The notes: generated by a model not told the origin, from the sequence alone. 64,000 bases of DNA from Nanobdellota archaeon (GCA_027334715.1 DAHWUG010000003.1:9485-73484); one strand, 5' to 3'; numbered from the stretch's first letter, positions 47,306 to 57,380 are shown. Program-made: numbers and translations.

Positions 47306-47332
47306 TTCCTAACACTCTCTCTGGGAAAAATT

Positions 47333-49558
47333 TCACCAGTCCGGATTTTTATCGTTATTACCCCCAGTTATCTGTCCCCTGCTAGTGCCGTCTAATTTCA
47401 TAATATAAATCTTAGATCCGCTTCCTATTAATTCTGAAGAATAAACCATCATTGTCCCGTCTGGAGAAAATCTAGGGTGATAATTTATTGTGAGATTATC
47501 CGTCAACTGGCGTCCTGTTCCTCCTTGCAAATCCCAAATTATAATTTTTTTAATTCCATCAATGTAAGAATCAAATAACAATTGTTTCCCGTCGGGAGAA
47601 ATATCTACTTCATCAGCATTCAAAGATCCCGGAATAATCACGCTAAGGCTGTCCCCATTAGGTCTCATTCTACATATTGTTCTCCCAGAACTAGTTAATT
47701 TTGAAAAATAAATCCAATTGTCAGATGACCAGACAGGTGATGTTTCTTCTGCAGGATCTGTTGTCAGCCTTGTTAAACCAGAGCCATCTAAAGGATTTAT
47801 TGTATAAATGTCTGTATTATTATCTCTTCTTGAAGAAATAACCATCTTATTTCCGTCTGGTGACCATGAACCTGGAAAATTGACTCCTGTAGAAGTTATA
47901 GTCCTTGGATTGTTTCCTAAAATATGAATGTCCATGCGCCCATTGCCTACAAACTGACTATAGGCCAATTCTTTTCTGTCTGGAGACCATCTTGGTTCAT
48001 TAGCAAGAAAATCGCTGCTAGTTACTGTTCTGCTTCCTGTACCATCCGGATTTATTGTGGCAATAACAGAAGTTGCATTACCCAAATCTGTTACATAAGC
48101 AATTTTTGGAGTACTTTGCATTGCTCCTTGTGTCAGAAGAGTGTCAAAATCAATGAGAGGAACAGAATAAGATGCAATTAAATGGCTTAAAACCTCGGCA
48201 GAAACTGATGCAGAAGCATCAAATCCCCCGTAAAGTTTCCAGTTTCCATCTGCAGACTGAAGAGTCATATTTATTAAAGCGTTTGCAGAAGGCCCTGCAA
48301 CACCATAAAAAGGTAATTTCAATGTTGGGCCCGCAAATGCAGTGATGCCCAATTCTCCCGTCACTTCCGGAATTGTAAAATCGAATAAATTTGAGAAATT
48401 CAAAATAGGAGTCCATGAATTATTGTTGTATTTTATTCCCCCATTAAGGACCATATCCTGCCTTACTCTGAAACTTAAAGGATTTGCTTTGGTTAAGTTT
48501 ACCCCTGCATCAATCTCTATTTTTGGGGTTATTATCAGGGGAATTGGGGGGAATGTTGGAATAACGCCGATAACAACCGGTGCAAGGGAGTATTCTGCAA
48601 TCTTTACTTTGTATGACGCCGCCATTCCAAGAAGATTAGAACCAATAGTTATGTCTGAAGATTCATTAAGTATCTGCTGAAACATCAAATTTTCAAGCTT
48701 GAAATTTTTAATGCTAAGGTCAAAATCAAAGCCGGCATCGAAGTTAACTGACCCATTTGCAATTATCTGGTCATCTGTTGTTGCAGAATTCCCGTCATAA
48801 TCATAAAGAACAACATTATTGAAATTTAGTTTAAAATTAAAATCCTGGGTTGAATTCACAGATCTTGAAACTCCCTGCAGGCCCGTAAATGATCGAACTT
48901 GTGAGGGTAAAAGTGAAGTATAATTAGAAATGACAGCTTCTCTTACAATATCTTCAAGAACTGCATTTTTTGTTGCAACAGATGTTTTATCATGAGAAAC
49001 AGAAATAACCTGCCTAAGAAAACCAGAAGGTGTTGTTGAAGAAACTCCGGATGAAACTATATCACCAACTGCAAAACTGACTGGCTTAGAAAAGACAAGA
49101 TTAGTATCTGTAACCTGCAACCCTGCTTGCTGAGAAGAGGAAAGTGAATAAATATTAAACAGATTTTTTACAGATAAGCTGTAATTTTGGGGAGTGGAAG
49201 AAGCTCCATGTTCATCAACAGCAGTTATTGTTACAGGAAAGCTCTGGTCAGAAGAAACTTCAGGTGCTATTCCTGTTATCAAACAATTGTTTGCTGAAAT
49301 CCAGGACGGGCCTGCAACAGTACATGTTGTGTTATCCCCATCAGGATCACTTCTCTGAATTTGATAGTAATAATTATGATTCTCATCAACACTTATCACA
49401 GGGGATGAAGAAATTGTTGGGTTGTGGTTTTGCTCTATCGGTGGAGGGTTATTTGGTGGTGGGTTGCTTGGACCTGAAATTTTTTCTCCGGCGGAACATC
49501 CTAGAATTAATGCAGCAAGATTTGTTGCCAGTAGACCTCTTTTGAAGCCTTTTAGCAT
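47333..49558 (-). CDS. lipoprotein-like surface protein with cadherin/Ig domain and TolB-like (PD40) beta-propeller
   Basis: lipobox-like LILGC; NHNPTI..DPDGD; repeated WSPDG/FSPDG. Confidence 0.85.
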   Translation of the reverse strand: MLKGFKRGLLATNLAALILGCSAGEKISGPSNPPPNNPPPIEQNHNPTISSSPVISVDENHNYYYQIQRSDPDGDNTTCTVAGPSWISANNCLITGIAPEVSSDQSFPVTITAVDEHGASSTPQNYSLSVKNLFNIYSLSSSQQAGLQVTDTNLVFSKPVSFAVGDIVSSGVSSTTPSGFLRQVISVSHDKTSVATKNAVLEDIVREAVISNYTSLLPSQVRSFTGLQGVSRSVNSTQDFNFKLNFNNVVLYDYDGNSATTDDQIIANGSVNFDAGFDFDLSIKNFKLENLMFQQILNESSDITIGSNLLGMAASYKVKIAEYSLAPVVIGVIPTFPPIPLIITPKIEIDAGVNLTKANPLSFRVRQDMVLNGGIKYNNNSWTPILNFSNLFDFTIPEVTGELGITAFAGPTLKLPFYGVAGPSANALINMTLQSADGNWKLYGGFDASASVSAEVLSHLIASYSVPLIDFDTLLTQGAMQSTPKIAYVTDLGNATSVIATINPDGTGSRTVTSSDFLANEPRWSPDRKELAYSQFVGNGRMDIHILGNNPRTITSTGVNFPGSWSPDGNKMVISSRRDNNTDIYTINPLDGSGLTRLTTDPAEETSPVWSSDNWIYFSKLTSSGRTICRMRPNGDSLSVIIPGSLNADEVDISPDGKQLLFDSYIDGIKKIIIWDLQGGTGRQLTDNLTINYHPRFSPDGTMMVYSSELIGSGSKIYIMKLDGTSRGQITGGNNDKNPDW

Positions 49559-49599
49559 AACTAAACTGGAATTAAAAGATATTTAAAGATTTCTATTTT

Positions 49600-49782
49600 T
49601 TAGCTGAAGAAAAGAAGTTTTATGATTACTGCTATAAGAAATCCTATTGCACCAAGAAGCAAAACACCTATTGCAGATACCTTTGCCACCATTTCAAATT
49701 CTTTTTTTGATGGTTTTTTCAATACAAGCCAAACTCTTCTTGATTTCTCGTAAAATGCCTTAAGCCTTTCAATTAATTCCAT
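49600..49782 (-). CDS. secE: protein translocase SecE/Sec61 gamma
   Basis: RVWLVLKKPSKKEF, GAIGFLI. Confidence 0.93.
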   Translation of the reverse strand: MELIERLKAFYEKSRRVWLVLKKPSKKEFEMVAKVSAIGVLLLGAIGFLIAVIIKLLFFS

Positions 49783-49827
49783 ATCTTAAATAAAATCTCT
49801 TGGTTTTTAAAAGTTTAGAAAATAAAA

Positions 49828-50574
49828 TCATTTATGTGCATTCATTAAATGCCTTATTCTTTTTTGCCATATTTGTGGCTGGAATACTTCTGAATCAGCA
49901 GCAGGGTTTGTTATTACAACAGGAATCAGGCGCTTGTATCCAAATTCCTGGACTAAGCCCGAGAGAAGGCGGCTTCCCAAGTAATAATGATGAGCATGGG
50001 AAAGTTCGCTGATTGTTTTGGGCCATTTTAGATTTAATTTAAATTCTCTGCCGCTCAATAAAGTTGCAAAACCTTCTGATACTGTTTTATCCCACCAGAA
50101 TCTTAAACTGTCAGATTCCATGCTATATTGCGGGGGCCAATGGCCATTACCCATTTCAAGACTTATATTGTCAAGACCAAAATGCCCTGCTTCATGACCT
50201 GCTAATTCACTACAGGTGTTACGTCGATCATAATATACTTTTGATGTGTCAATCGCAATTGTATCTGAGTAATATTTGCCTAATGTAACCATATCTGGAA
50301 ATACAGTATAAATTATAGTAGGATTTGATTTATCTTTTAAACCTATTAATCTTCGGATTCTTGAGATTTCAAGAGGCATGGTGTCATTTATGCAGTTTTC
50401 TAATTCAACTCCTTTGCCATGAAGATACTTACTGCTTGAAGCTAATTCTGTAAAATTTTCACTAAATGAGATTTTTTTATTTTCATGAGAAAGTGAAATG
50501 GGGGCAGTAAGAAGTGTCGCAACTAATGCACTGCCTACAAATCTTCTAAATTTCATTTTGTCAAAATCATTCAA
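49828..50574 (-). CDS. putative secreted zincin metalloprotease
   Basis: N-terminal hydrophobic segment; HEAGH followed by SEGFA. Confidence 0.6.
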   Translation of the reverse strand: MNDFDKMKFRRFVGSALVATLLTAPISLSHENKKISFSENFTELASSSKYLHGKGVELENCINDTMPLEISRIRRLIGLKDKSNPTIIYTVFPDMVTLGKYYSDTIAIDTSKVYYDRRNTCSELAGHEAGHFGLDNISLEMGNGHWPPQYSMESDSLRFWWDKTVSEGFATLLSGREFKLNLKWPKTISELSHAHHYYLGSRLLSGLVQEFGYKRLIPVVITNPAADSEVFQPQIWQKRIRHLMNAHK

Positions 50575-51652
50575 AAAATTCTATGCCTAGCTCTTCTTCT
50601 ATTTCACCGTGCTTTATTGTCTCCAGGCTTTCTTCCCTGCCCATTATCTGGGAACTTTTTACGCCTGTGACAATAAGAAGAACACGGATTGATTTTTCCA
50701 TGTCAGGAGAAATTTGCGCACCCCAGATTAATTTTGCTTCAGGATTCAGCTTTGTTCCTATTGATTCAATAATAACCTTGCATTCATCAAGGGACATCTC
50801 AGGTCCGCCAATTATGTTAACAAGGGAACCTGTTGCATTAGATATGTCAACATCCAAAAGAGGATTGTTTATTGCTTTTTCAACAGCTTCTGTTGCCCTG
50901 TTTGTGCTGTCTGATTCTCCCATACCAATCAAAGAAACACCACCATCAACCATTACTGCTTTAACGTCTGCAAAATCAAGATTTACAAGGCCTGCTGTAG
51001 TTACAAGCTCTGTAACTCCCTTTACAGCATTTGTCAGAATTTCATCTGCTATTTTGAAAGCTGTATGCAGGGGAAGATCTGGAGCTAGCTCAAGAAGTTT
51101 ATCATTGGGTATAACAATCAAGGTATCAACGACAGATTCCATCCTGTCTAAGCCATTCATTGCATTTTCAATTCTTTTTTTTCCTTCTATAGTAAATGGC
51201 AAAGTTACAACACCTATTACCAATGCTCCTTGTTTTTTCGCAAGAGATGCAACCACGGGGGCTGCGCCTGTTCCAGTTCCTCCGCCCAAACCGCACGTAA
51301 TGAAAATCATATCGCTGCCTGCAATTTTTTTCTTTATCTCTGACTCTGACTCTTTTGCAGCCTCTTCGCCGACCTTTGGATTGCTTCCTGCTCCAAGCCC
51401 CTGTGTTAATTCACGGCCGATGAGAATTTTTTGGTCAGCTGTGCTGTATAAAAGGTCCTGGGCATCTGTATTTACTGCTATTAATTCTCCGCCTTTAATT
51501 CCTATCTCCTTCATTCTGCTCAGAGAATTTCCTCCTCCGCCTCCAACACCAATGACTTTTATTTTTGCAGCCTGTTTCTTAATAAGCTCTTCAAGTTCCT
51601 TGTCAATCTCTTTTACATCAGAAGTAAGGTCTGTTTCATAAACATCTGCCAT
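50567..51652 (-). CDS. ftsZ: cell division protein FtsZ
   Basis: GVGGGGGN, NTDAQDL, GGGTGTG, NLDFADV. Confidence 0.98.
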   Translation of the reverse strand: MADVYETDLTSDVKEIDKELEELIKKQAAKIKVIGVGGGGGNSLSRMKEIGIKGGELIAVNTDAQDLLYSTADQKILIGRELTQGLGAGSNPKVGEEAAKESESEIKKKIAGSDMIFITCGLGGGTGTGAAPVVASLAKKQGALVIGVVTLPFTIEGKKRIENAMNGLDRMESVVDTLIVIPNDKLLELAPDLPLHTAFKIADEILTNAVKGVTELVTTAGLVNLDFADVKAVMVDGGVSLIGMGESDSTNRATEAVEKAINNPLLDVDISNATGSLVNIIGGPEMSLDECKVIIESIGTKLNPEAKLIWGAQISPDMEKSIRVLLIVTGVKSSQIMGREESLETIKHGEIEEELGIEFFE

Positions 51653-51695
51653 AGAGGATAGAAAATGGTGTTATTTATAAAAATTGTTGTGGTTT

Positions 51696-52367
51696 TTAAT
51701 CAGTCTTATTATCAGGTATGTTCCCTGTTTTTTCTGTTTCAGAAACTTCCAAATCAAGGTCAAGAACTTCCTTAAACTTTTCCTTGAACATTTCAATAAA
51801 GCTTTTCATGCCTTTTTCCACTTTTAGAATCAGTTTTTTATCTTTAACTTCAAAATCAAAGTCTTTTTTGAACAGAAAATCGTTAAATGCTCTTATTTTT
51901 TCATTGATGTCTGTAATTTTCCTTTTTACTTCGATTTCGTATACAACATCTTTGCCTGCAAGAGGATTATTGAAGTCTATCATAACCCTTCCCCCTGAAA
52001 CAGTCAAGGTTTTTCCAACTCTTCCATCAAAATTGAGCAAACTTCCCGGAACAGGATTTATCTGATGATCCCTGAATGTTTTAAGCGGAACCATCTGCAC
52101 CAATGAAGGATTTCTTTTTCCAAAAGCCTGTTCTGACTTTAATTCAATTTTATATTTTCCAATGTCCTTGCCTATAAGAAAGTCATCTATTGATTTTAGA
52201 AACATCCCCTCCCCTAAAGAAAAGACAAATGGTTTTGCTTCTACAGGATGGTCATGTCCTTCGTGAAGCTTTTCAAGGTCTTTCTTGATTGTAGAATCAA
52301 AAACTTCTCCCCCACTGACTTTTCCTGTAAAGTCTATTTCAATGAAGTCTTTCTTGTTGAGTGCCAT
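51696..52367 (-). CDS. FKBP-type peptidyl-prolyl isomerase (SlyD-like, long)
   Basis: VFDST, AFGKR, IDFNNPLAGK. Confidence 0.9.
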   Translation of the reverse strand: MALNKKDFIEIDFTGKVSGGEVFDSTIKKDLEKLHEGHDHPVEAKPFVFSLGEGMFLKSIDDFLIGKDIGKYKIELKSEQAFGKRNPSLVQMVPLKTFRDHQINPVPGSLLNFDGRVGKTLTVSGGRVMIDFNNPLAGKDVVYEIEVKRKITDINEKIRAFNDFLFKKDFDFEVKDKKLILKVEKGMKSFIEMFKEKFKEVLDLDLEVSETEKTGNIPDNKTD

Positions 52368-52459
52368 TAAAGAAAAATTGATGGTTAGTTTTTAAAACTT
52401 GCCCCTTAAGTTTTAAGTTTATCAAAAACCTTTTTAAACGCATTTTCTCTTCTTTAAAC

Positions 52460-52849
52460 ATGGTCTTAAAAATTATTAATGCGCATGATGCAAAGCCGGG
52501 CACAAATCTCATAATTGAAGGCTCAGTATACACTGTAAAAAAAATTGACATAAGCAAAACAGGAAAGCATGGCGCGTCAAAATGCAGAATAGAGCTTGAG
52601 CACATAGTATCAGGGCAGAAAAAAATAGTAGCTGTTCCAGGGCATGAAAGGTTTGATGTTCCTATGATTGATAAGAGAAAGGGGCAGGTTCTTTCTGTAA
52701 ACGAAAATAGGGCAAGTGTCATGGATATGGAAAGCTTTGAAACCCTTGATATGGAAGTGCCTGAAGAATTAAAGGCAGATATCGGACCCAATTCAAATGT
52801 TGAATACTGGGACATTGAAGGAATGAAAGTAATAAAAAGGAAGATTTAA
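52460..52849 (+). CDS. eif5a: translation factor aIF-5A
   Basis: SKTGKHGASK hypusine-site motif. Confidence 0.95.
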   Translation: MVLKIINAHDAKPGTNLIIEGSVYTVKKIDISKTGKHGASKCRIELEHIVSGQKKIVAVPGHERFDVPMIDKRKGQVLSVNENRASVMDMESFETLDMEVPEELKADIGPNSNVEYWDIEGMKVIKRKI

Positions 52850-52870
52850 ACTAAAAGAGAAAAATAAAAA

Positions 52871-53032
52871 ATGTCAAAAATACCTGAAGCAACAACAAGG
52901 CTTTTCAAGAATGTCTTTGTATGCAAAAATTGTCAGTCAAAAATCAGGGCAGATCCCCAAAAAATAATGAGGGGAAAAGTAAGGTGCAGGAAATGCGGAA
53001 AGAAAGCTTTTAGGCCCATAAACAGGAAGTAA
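52871..53032 (+). CDS. rpl40e: 50S ribosomal protein L40e
   Basis: manual translation MSKIPEATTRLFKNVFVCKNCQSKIRADPQKIMRGKVRCRKCGKKAFRPINRK. Confidence 0.85.
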   Translation: MSKIPEATTRLFKNVFVCKNCQSKIRADPQKIMRGKVRCRKCGKKAFRPINRK

Positions 53033-53034
53033 AA

Positions 53035-54462
53035 ATGAGTTTTATTGTTTATGATTTAATATTTCTGATAGCATTTCTGGTATTTTTTTCAATATTCCTT
53101 TACACAAGAAGAAAGAACCTGAAAAAAGACGGCCTCCTTTTCTTATACAGAAGCAAATGGGGAATAAATCTCATAAATTCAATAGGAAAGAAAAATAAAA
53201 AGACGCTGACAGTTCTTAGTTATATATCAGTATTCTGTGGTTATTTGCTTATGATTGGCGCATTGTACCTAATATATGGTGTTGTAAAAATTTATGTGCT
53301 GGAGCCTGCAATCGTAAGGGCAGTCAAGATTCCACCAATACTTCCATTGTTCCCATATCTTCCGCAAGTTTTCAAACTCAACTTTCTTCCTCCATTTTAC
53401 TTCACTTATTGGATAGTAATCATCGCAATAATTGCAATAACTCATGAGATGGCGCACGGAATTTTTATGAGGAGATATAATGTAAAGATAAAATCAACTG
53501 GTTTTGCATTCTTTCCTTACTTCTTTCCAATTTTCCCGGCAGCATTTGTCGAGCAGGATGAAAAAAGCATGGAAAAGTCAACCAAGTTCCACCAGCTTTC
53601 AATTCTTTCTGCAGGGACTTTTGCAAATTTGATAACTACCTTTTTGTTTTTGGCTGTTCTTATAGGATTTTTTTCATTGGCTTTTGCTCCAGCGGGAGTT
53701 GTTTATAATACTTATGCAACAGCTGCAATACCAATTTCAGGAATTTCAATGGTTAATGGAATGAATGTGAGCAATATCTCATATCAACAGCTTTTGGGTT
53801 CTACAGCAGATAATGGATTCAATAATATAACCTTTGGCAACATGAATTATCTTACAACTAAAAGTGCATTGCAAGCGCAGAAAGATAACAGCAATTTTGT
53901 AATTGTTTATTACGATTCTCCTGCAATAAAAGACAATTTAAGTAGCATAATTACTGGAATAAATGGTGTAAAGATAGACAGCGTTGCAAAGCTGCAGACA
54001 GAATTGCTAAAATACAAGCCTGGAGACAATATAACTGTTACAGAACTAACAGACAGCGGAGCAATAAACAAAGAGGTCATGCTTGAACCAAGACCGGATA
54101 ATCCAAATATTGCGTGGCTTGGAATAGGCTTTTTCAGCAATCAGCAGGGTGATTTAGCGCAGAAAGTTGTAAGCTGGTTCTCGTCTTTCAGAAATCCTAA
54201 TGTATACTACCGGTCAAAGTTAAGCAGTGATATAAGCGCATTCATTTACAACCTTCTCCTGTGGGTTATAATAATAAGCATAAGTGTGGCATTGATAAAC
54301 ATGCTTCCTGTAGGAATTTTTGACGGTGGAAGGTTTTTCTATCTGACTGTTTTGGGAATAACTGGAAGCAAGAGCATTGCAAAAAAATCATTCAAATTCA
54401 CAACATGGCTTTTCTTGTTTATTCTTGTCCTGCTTATGGTATTCTGGTTTATTAGTATCTAA
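53035..54462 (+). CDS. site-2 protease (M50) with PDZ-like insert
   Basis: HEMAH, AAFVEQDE, AGTFAN, NMLPVGIFDGG. Confidence 0.93.
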   Translation: MSFIVYDLIFLIAFLVFFSIFLYTRRKNLKKDGLLFLYRSKWGINLINSIGKKNKKTLTVLSYISVFCGYLLMIGALYLIYGVVKIYVLEPAIVRAVKIPPILPLFPYLPQVFKLNFLPPFYFTYWIVIIAIIAITHEMAHGIFMRRYNVKIKSTGFAFFPYFFPIFPAAFVEQDEKSMEKSTKFHQLSILSAGTFANLITTFLFLAVLIGFFSLAFAPAGVVYNTYATAAIPISGISMVNGMNVSNISYQQLLGSTADNGFNNITFGNMNYLTTKSALQAQKDNSNFVIVYYDSPAIKDNLSSIITGINGVKIDSVAKLQTELLKYKPGDNITVTELTDSGAINKEVMLEPRPDNPNIAWLGIGFFSNQQGDLAQKVVSWFSSFRNPNVYYRSKLSSDISAFIYNLLLWVIIISISVALINMLPVGIFDGGRFFYLTVLGITGSKSIAKKSFKFTTWLFLFILVLLMVFWFISI

Positions 54463-54468
54463 AGAAAT

Positions 54469-54873
54469 TTATTCTTCCTGCTCTTCGTTTATATCAAAAG
54501 TAGGTGTGTTCAAGAATTTGAATAAATCTCTGTCCTTTGTTCCTCTTCTGCAAAAAGAGTAGTTGTCTGCAAAAGTTTCATAACCCTTTGTCACTTCTTC
54601 TATTGTTTTTCCCTCAAGGAGTTTTAGCAAAACAGAATCTTTTATTTGAGACCTAAAAATTCTTCTTCTTGGAGAATTATCATCTGAATCATGAAATGCT
54701 TCTCCGTAAAAAATATTTGGTTTATGTGAAGGATATAAAGCAATACATGAACCATCAGGAGTTACACGGGCTACTCTAACTATTTTATTTTTTTTCATAA
54801 ATCTGACATAGTTAACATCAGAAATTGAACGTGGAGATAAAGGAAATCCTAATGTCACTTTAAAGGTCAACAA
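54469..54873 (-). CDS. hypothetical protein
   Basis: 134-aa ORF overlapping the upstream gene; start uncertain. Confidence 0.55.
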   Translation of the reverse strand: MLTFKVTLGFPLSPRSISDVNYVRFMKKNKIVRVARVTPDGSCIALYPSHKPNIFYGEAFHDSDDNSPRRRIFRSQIKDSVLLKLLEGKTIEEVTKGYETFADNYSFCRRGTKDRDLFKFLNTPTFDINEEQEE

Positions 54874-55210
54874 CGCCTTCTTTTGTCAGCGCAGCAAATC
54901 TTATTCCAACTGGCAAATTTATCAAGGCAGAAATGAGGGCCATATGCTCTTTTCCCTCTCCGGAAGCTATGCTTAGTGCAACTTCTGTTCCTCTTATTTT
55001 TCCATTCAGCTTCTGCTTGAATTCGTCTCTGAGTTCTACAAGTTTCTTGTCCAAATCCACAAGAACAAACTCAAATTTTTTCTCAGAAGTGAATTTTTTT
55101 GCAAATTCATTGCCTACAATGATTATATTGTCCCATTCTCCATATTTAATCAATCCAGAAACCTGGGCCCACGATCCTTTTCCTGTAGAAAGCAAGGCAA
55201 GAAGTTCCAT
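54860..55210 (-). CDS. conserved hypothetical protein
   Basis: LSTGKGSW, SGEGKEHMA motifs; TATA box upstream. Confidence 0.8.
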   Translation of the reverse strand: MELLALLSTGKGSWAQVSGLIKYGEWDNIIIVGNEFAKKFTSEKKFEFVLVDLDKKLVELRDEFKQKLNGKIRGTEVALSIASGEGKEHMALISALINLPVGIRFAALTKEGVVDL

Positions 55211-55288
55211 TGAAAAAAAGAACTGTTTTTGTTTATAAGCATTATTGTGATTATTTTAACCATGCTAGCAAAGTTTATAAATGAAATT

Positions 55289-55372
55289 TATTTCCTGATT
55301 TTGCCGATTGAACCATGTCGTTTGCACATATGTTCTATGGTGCGGGCGCGTAAAATGGGAGGCAAATAAGAA
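55289..55372 (+). promoter_or_regulatory. putative L1-binding autoregulatory leader
   Basis: TTTGCC-GATTGAA-CCAT...ATGG-GA-GGCAAA helix-loop-helix containing the GGAGG SD; inner hairpin CGTTTGCAC/GTGCGGGCG. Confidence 0.65.
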
Positions 55373-56011
55373 ATGGAACAGAAAGAAATAGAAAAAGAAT
55401 TAGAAAAAGCATTGGCTGAACTTAGAAAAAATGATGAAAGAAAATTCGACCAGACAGCTGACCTAATAATAAACCTGCAGAAATTTGACCCAAAGAAAAA
55501 CCAGATAAATATTTTTGTCAATGTACCATTCAAGATAAAAGAAAAGAAAATCTGCGCCTTTTTTGAGACAAAACAAAAATCTGTCGAAACAATAACACCT
55601 GGTGATTTCAAGAGTTATTCTGAAAAAACTGCATTGAAAAAGCTTGTAAAAAAGTATGATTTTTTCATAGCACAGGCAAGCGTAATGCCAAAAGTCGCGA
55701 GTACATTTGGTAAGATTCTTGGTCCTGCAGGAAAAATGCCATCTCCTGCATTGGGAATTCTTATGGACGTGAATGAAAAGGGAATAGAAGAAATAAAGGA
55801 AAAAATAAATAACAGCTTAAGAATCAGGATAAAGGAACCAAGCGTAAAACTTGCAATAGGAAAGCAAAGCATGAAAGACAGCCAGATAATAGAAAACATA
55901 ATAACTGTTTATAATGCGGTGCTGAAAGTAATGCCAAAAGGAAATGATAACATGAAAAATATAGAAATAAAATTCACAATGACTAAACCGCAAAAAGTGA
56001 GGATAAAGTAA
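55373..56011 (+). CDS. rpl1: 50S ribosomal protein L1
   Basis: RKFDQTADLIINL, DFFIAQA, GKILGPAGKMP, TMTKP. Confidence 0.95.
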   Translation: MEQKEIEKELEKALAELRKNDERKFDQTADLIINLQKFDPKKNQINIFVNVPFKIKEKKICAFFETKQKSVETITPGDFKSYSEKTALKKLVKKYDFFIAQASVMPKVASTFGKILGPAGKMPSPALGILMDVNEKGIEEIKEKINNSLRIRIKEPSVKLAIGKQSMKDSQIIENIITVYNAVLKVMPKGNDNMKNIEIKFTMTKPQKVRIK

Positions 56012-56012
56012 A

Positions 56013-56873
56013 GTGGCAGCAAAAAAATCAAAAAACAATGTGAATGATAAAACAGCGCATGTATCTGAAAGAAAGAAAAATGTTGTTTCAGAACTTTCTA
56101 ATCTGATAAAAAGCAAAAAAACAATACTTGTAGCTTCAATAAAAAACATTCCATCATCCCAGTATCAGGAAATATCAAAGAAATTAAGGGGCAAGGCTGT
56201 TGTGAAGGTTCCAAAGAAGAATATAATTTTCATGGCTTTGGAAACATCAGGTATAAGCGAACTAAAGGAACTGGAGAATCATATCAAGGACAGCACGGCA
56301 ATACTCTTCTCAGATGAAGATTCCTTTGACCTTGCTGCAGAATTGATAAGCAAGAAAAGCCCTGCAAAGGCAAAACCGGGACAGGAAGCATTATCTGACA
56401 TTGAAATTCCTGAAGGACCTACTGATTTAATACCCGGGCCTGCAATATCTGAGCTTGGTGCGCTTGGAATAAAAATTCAGATAGAAAAAGGGAAGATAAC
56501 AATAAAAGAACCAAAGGTTGTTGCAAAAGCCGGAGAGAAAATATCTGCAGGAGCTGCAGACATGCTCAACAAGCTGAGGATACTTCCTTTTTCAATAGGA
56601 TTTATTCCTGTAGCTGCATTTGACTTGAAAGAAAGGAAACTTTATCTGGAAATTAGCATAGACAGAGACAAGACAATTTCAGATTTGAAATCTGCATTTT
56701 CAAAATCCCTTGGATTTGCAGTAAAAATTGCATATCCCAACAAAGAAACAATAAAATTCCTGATTGGAAAAGCGGGAATGCAGGAAAAAGCAATATCCTT
56801 GCTCTTGCAACCATTAGAACAATCTCAAACTCAAGTAAATGCAAATGCTCAACAAAATTCTCAGGAGGTTTAA
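56013..56873 (+). CDS. rpl10: 50S ribosomal protein L10 (P0)
   Basis: [20 protein letters not shown]; L1-L10-L12 order; GTG start. Confidence 0.93.
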   Translation: MAAKKSKNNVNDKTAHVSERKKNVVSELSNLIKSKKTILVASIKNIPSSQYQEISKKLRGKAVVKVPKKNIIFMALETSGISELKELENHIKDSTAILFSDEDSFDLAAELISKKSPAKAKPGQEALSDIEIPEGPTDLIPGPAISELGALGIKIQIEKGKITIKEPKVVAKAGEKISAGAADMLNKLRILPFSIGFIPVAAFDLKERKLYLEISIDRDKTISDLKSAFSKSLGFAVKIAYPNKETIKFLIGKAGMQEKAISLLLQPLEQSQTQVNANAQQNSQEV

Positions 56874-56874
56874 A

Positions 56875-57165
56875 ATGGAGTACATATACGCAGCACTTTT
56901 GTTGCATAAATTAGGGAAAGAAGTAAATGAAGCGAATCTGAAAAAGGTTATTTCTGCTTCAGGAATTGAGCCAGACGACTCAAAAGTAAAGTCCCTTGTT
57001 GCAAGCCTTAAAGGCGTTGACATAACAAAAGAGCTTGAAAATGCGGCTTTGGTTTCAGCAGCTCCTGCTGCTGCAGAAAAAGGCAAGGAAGAAAAGAAAG
57101 AAGAAAAGCCTAAGGAAGAACCTAAAGCAGCTGCTGCAGAAGGTCTCAGCGCGCTCTTCGGGTAA
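56875..57165 (+). CDS. rpl12: 50S ribosomal protein L12 (P1)
   Basis: [11 protein letters not shown]...GLSALFG. Confidence 0.97.
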   Translation: MEYIYAALLLHKLGKEVNEANLKKVISASGIEPDDSKVKSLVASLKGVDITKELENAALVSAAPAAAEKGKEEKKEEKPKEEPKAAAAEGLSALFG

Positions 57166-57308
57166 TTGATTAATTTTTTATTAATCTGAGGAGCTCTTCC
57201 TAATTAGCAGAAGATTTTAGTTTTAACAAGAAGAATTCTAAAATAATTTAATGTTTAACATAAAAAAATTAAGAAGACTTTTATACATAGAATATTTTTA
57301 ATAATAAT

Positions 57309-57380
57309 GCCTCAGTAGCTCAGTGGCAGAGCAATTGATTCGTAATCAATAGGCCGCAGGTTCAAATCCTGCCTGAGGCT
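57309..57380 (+). tRNA. tRNA-Thr(CGT)
   Basis: GCCTCAG/CTGAGGC acceptor stem; anticodon arm ATTGA-TTCGTAA-TCAAT. Confidence 0.95.

Larger units (their letters stand above)
44511..47319 (+). mobile_element. IS6-like cargo-carrying transposon
   Basis: TIRs GAGAGTGTTA(AGTATT) at 44511 and (AATTCC)TAACACTCTC ending at 47319; direct repeat TCTGGGAAA at 44502-44510 and 47320-47328. Confidence 0.85.

Noticed and set aside
50583-51641. 352-aa ORF antisense to ftsZ
   Set aside because: Codon-register mirror of a highly conserved gene; Ser/Pro/Ile-rich composition typical of shadow ORFs
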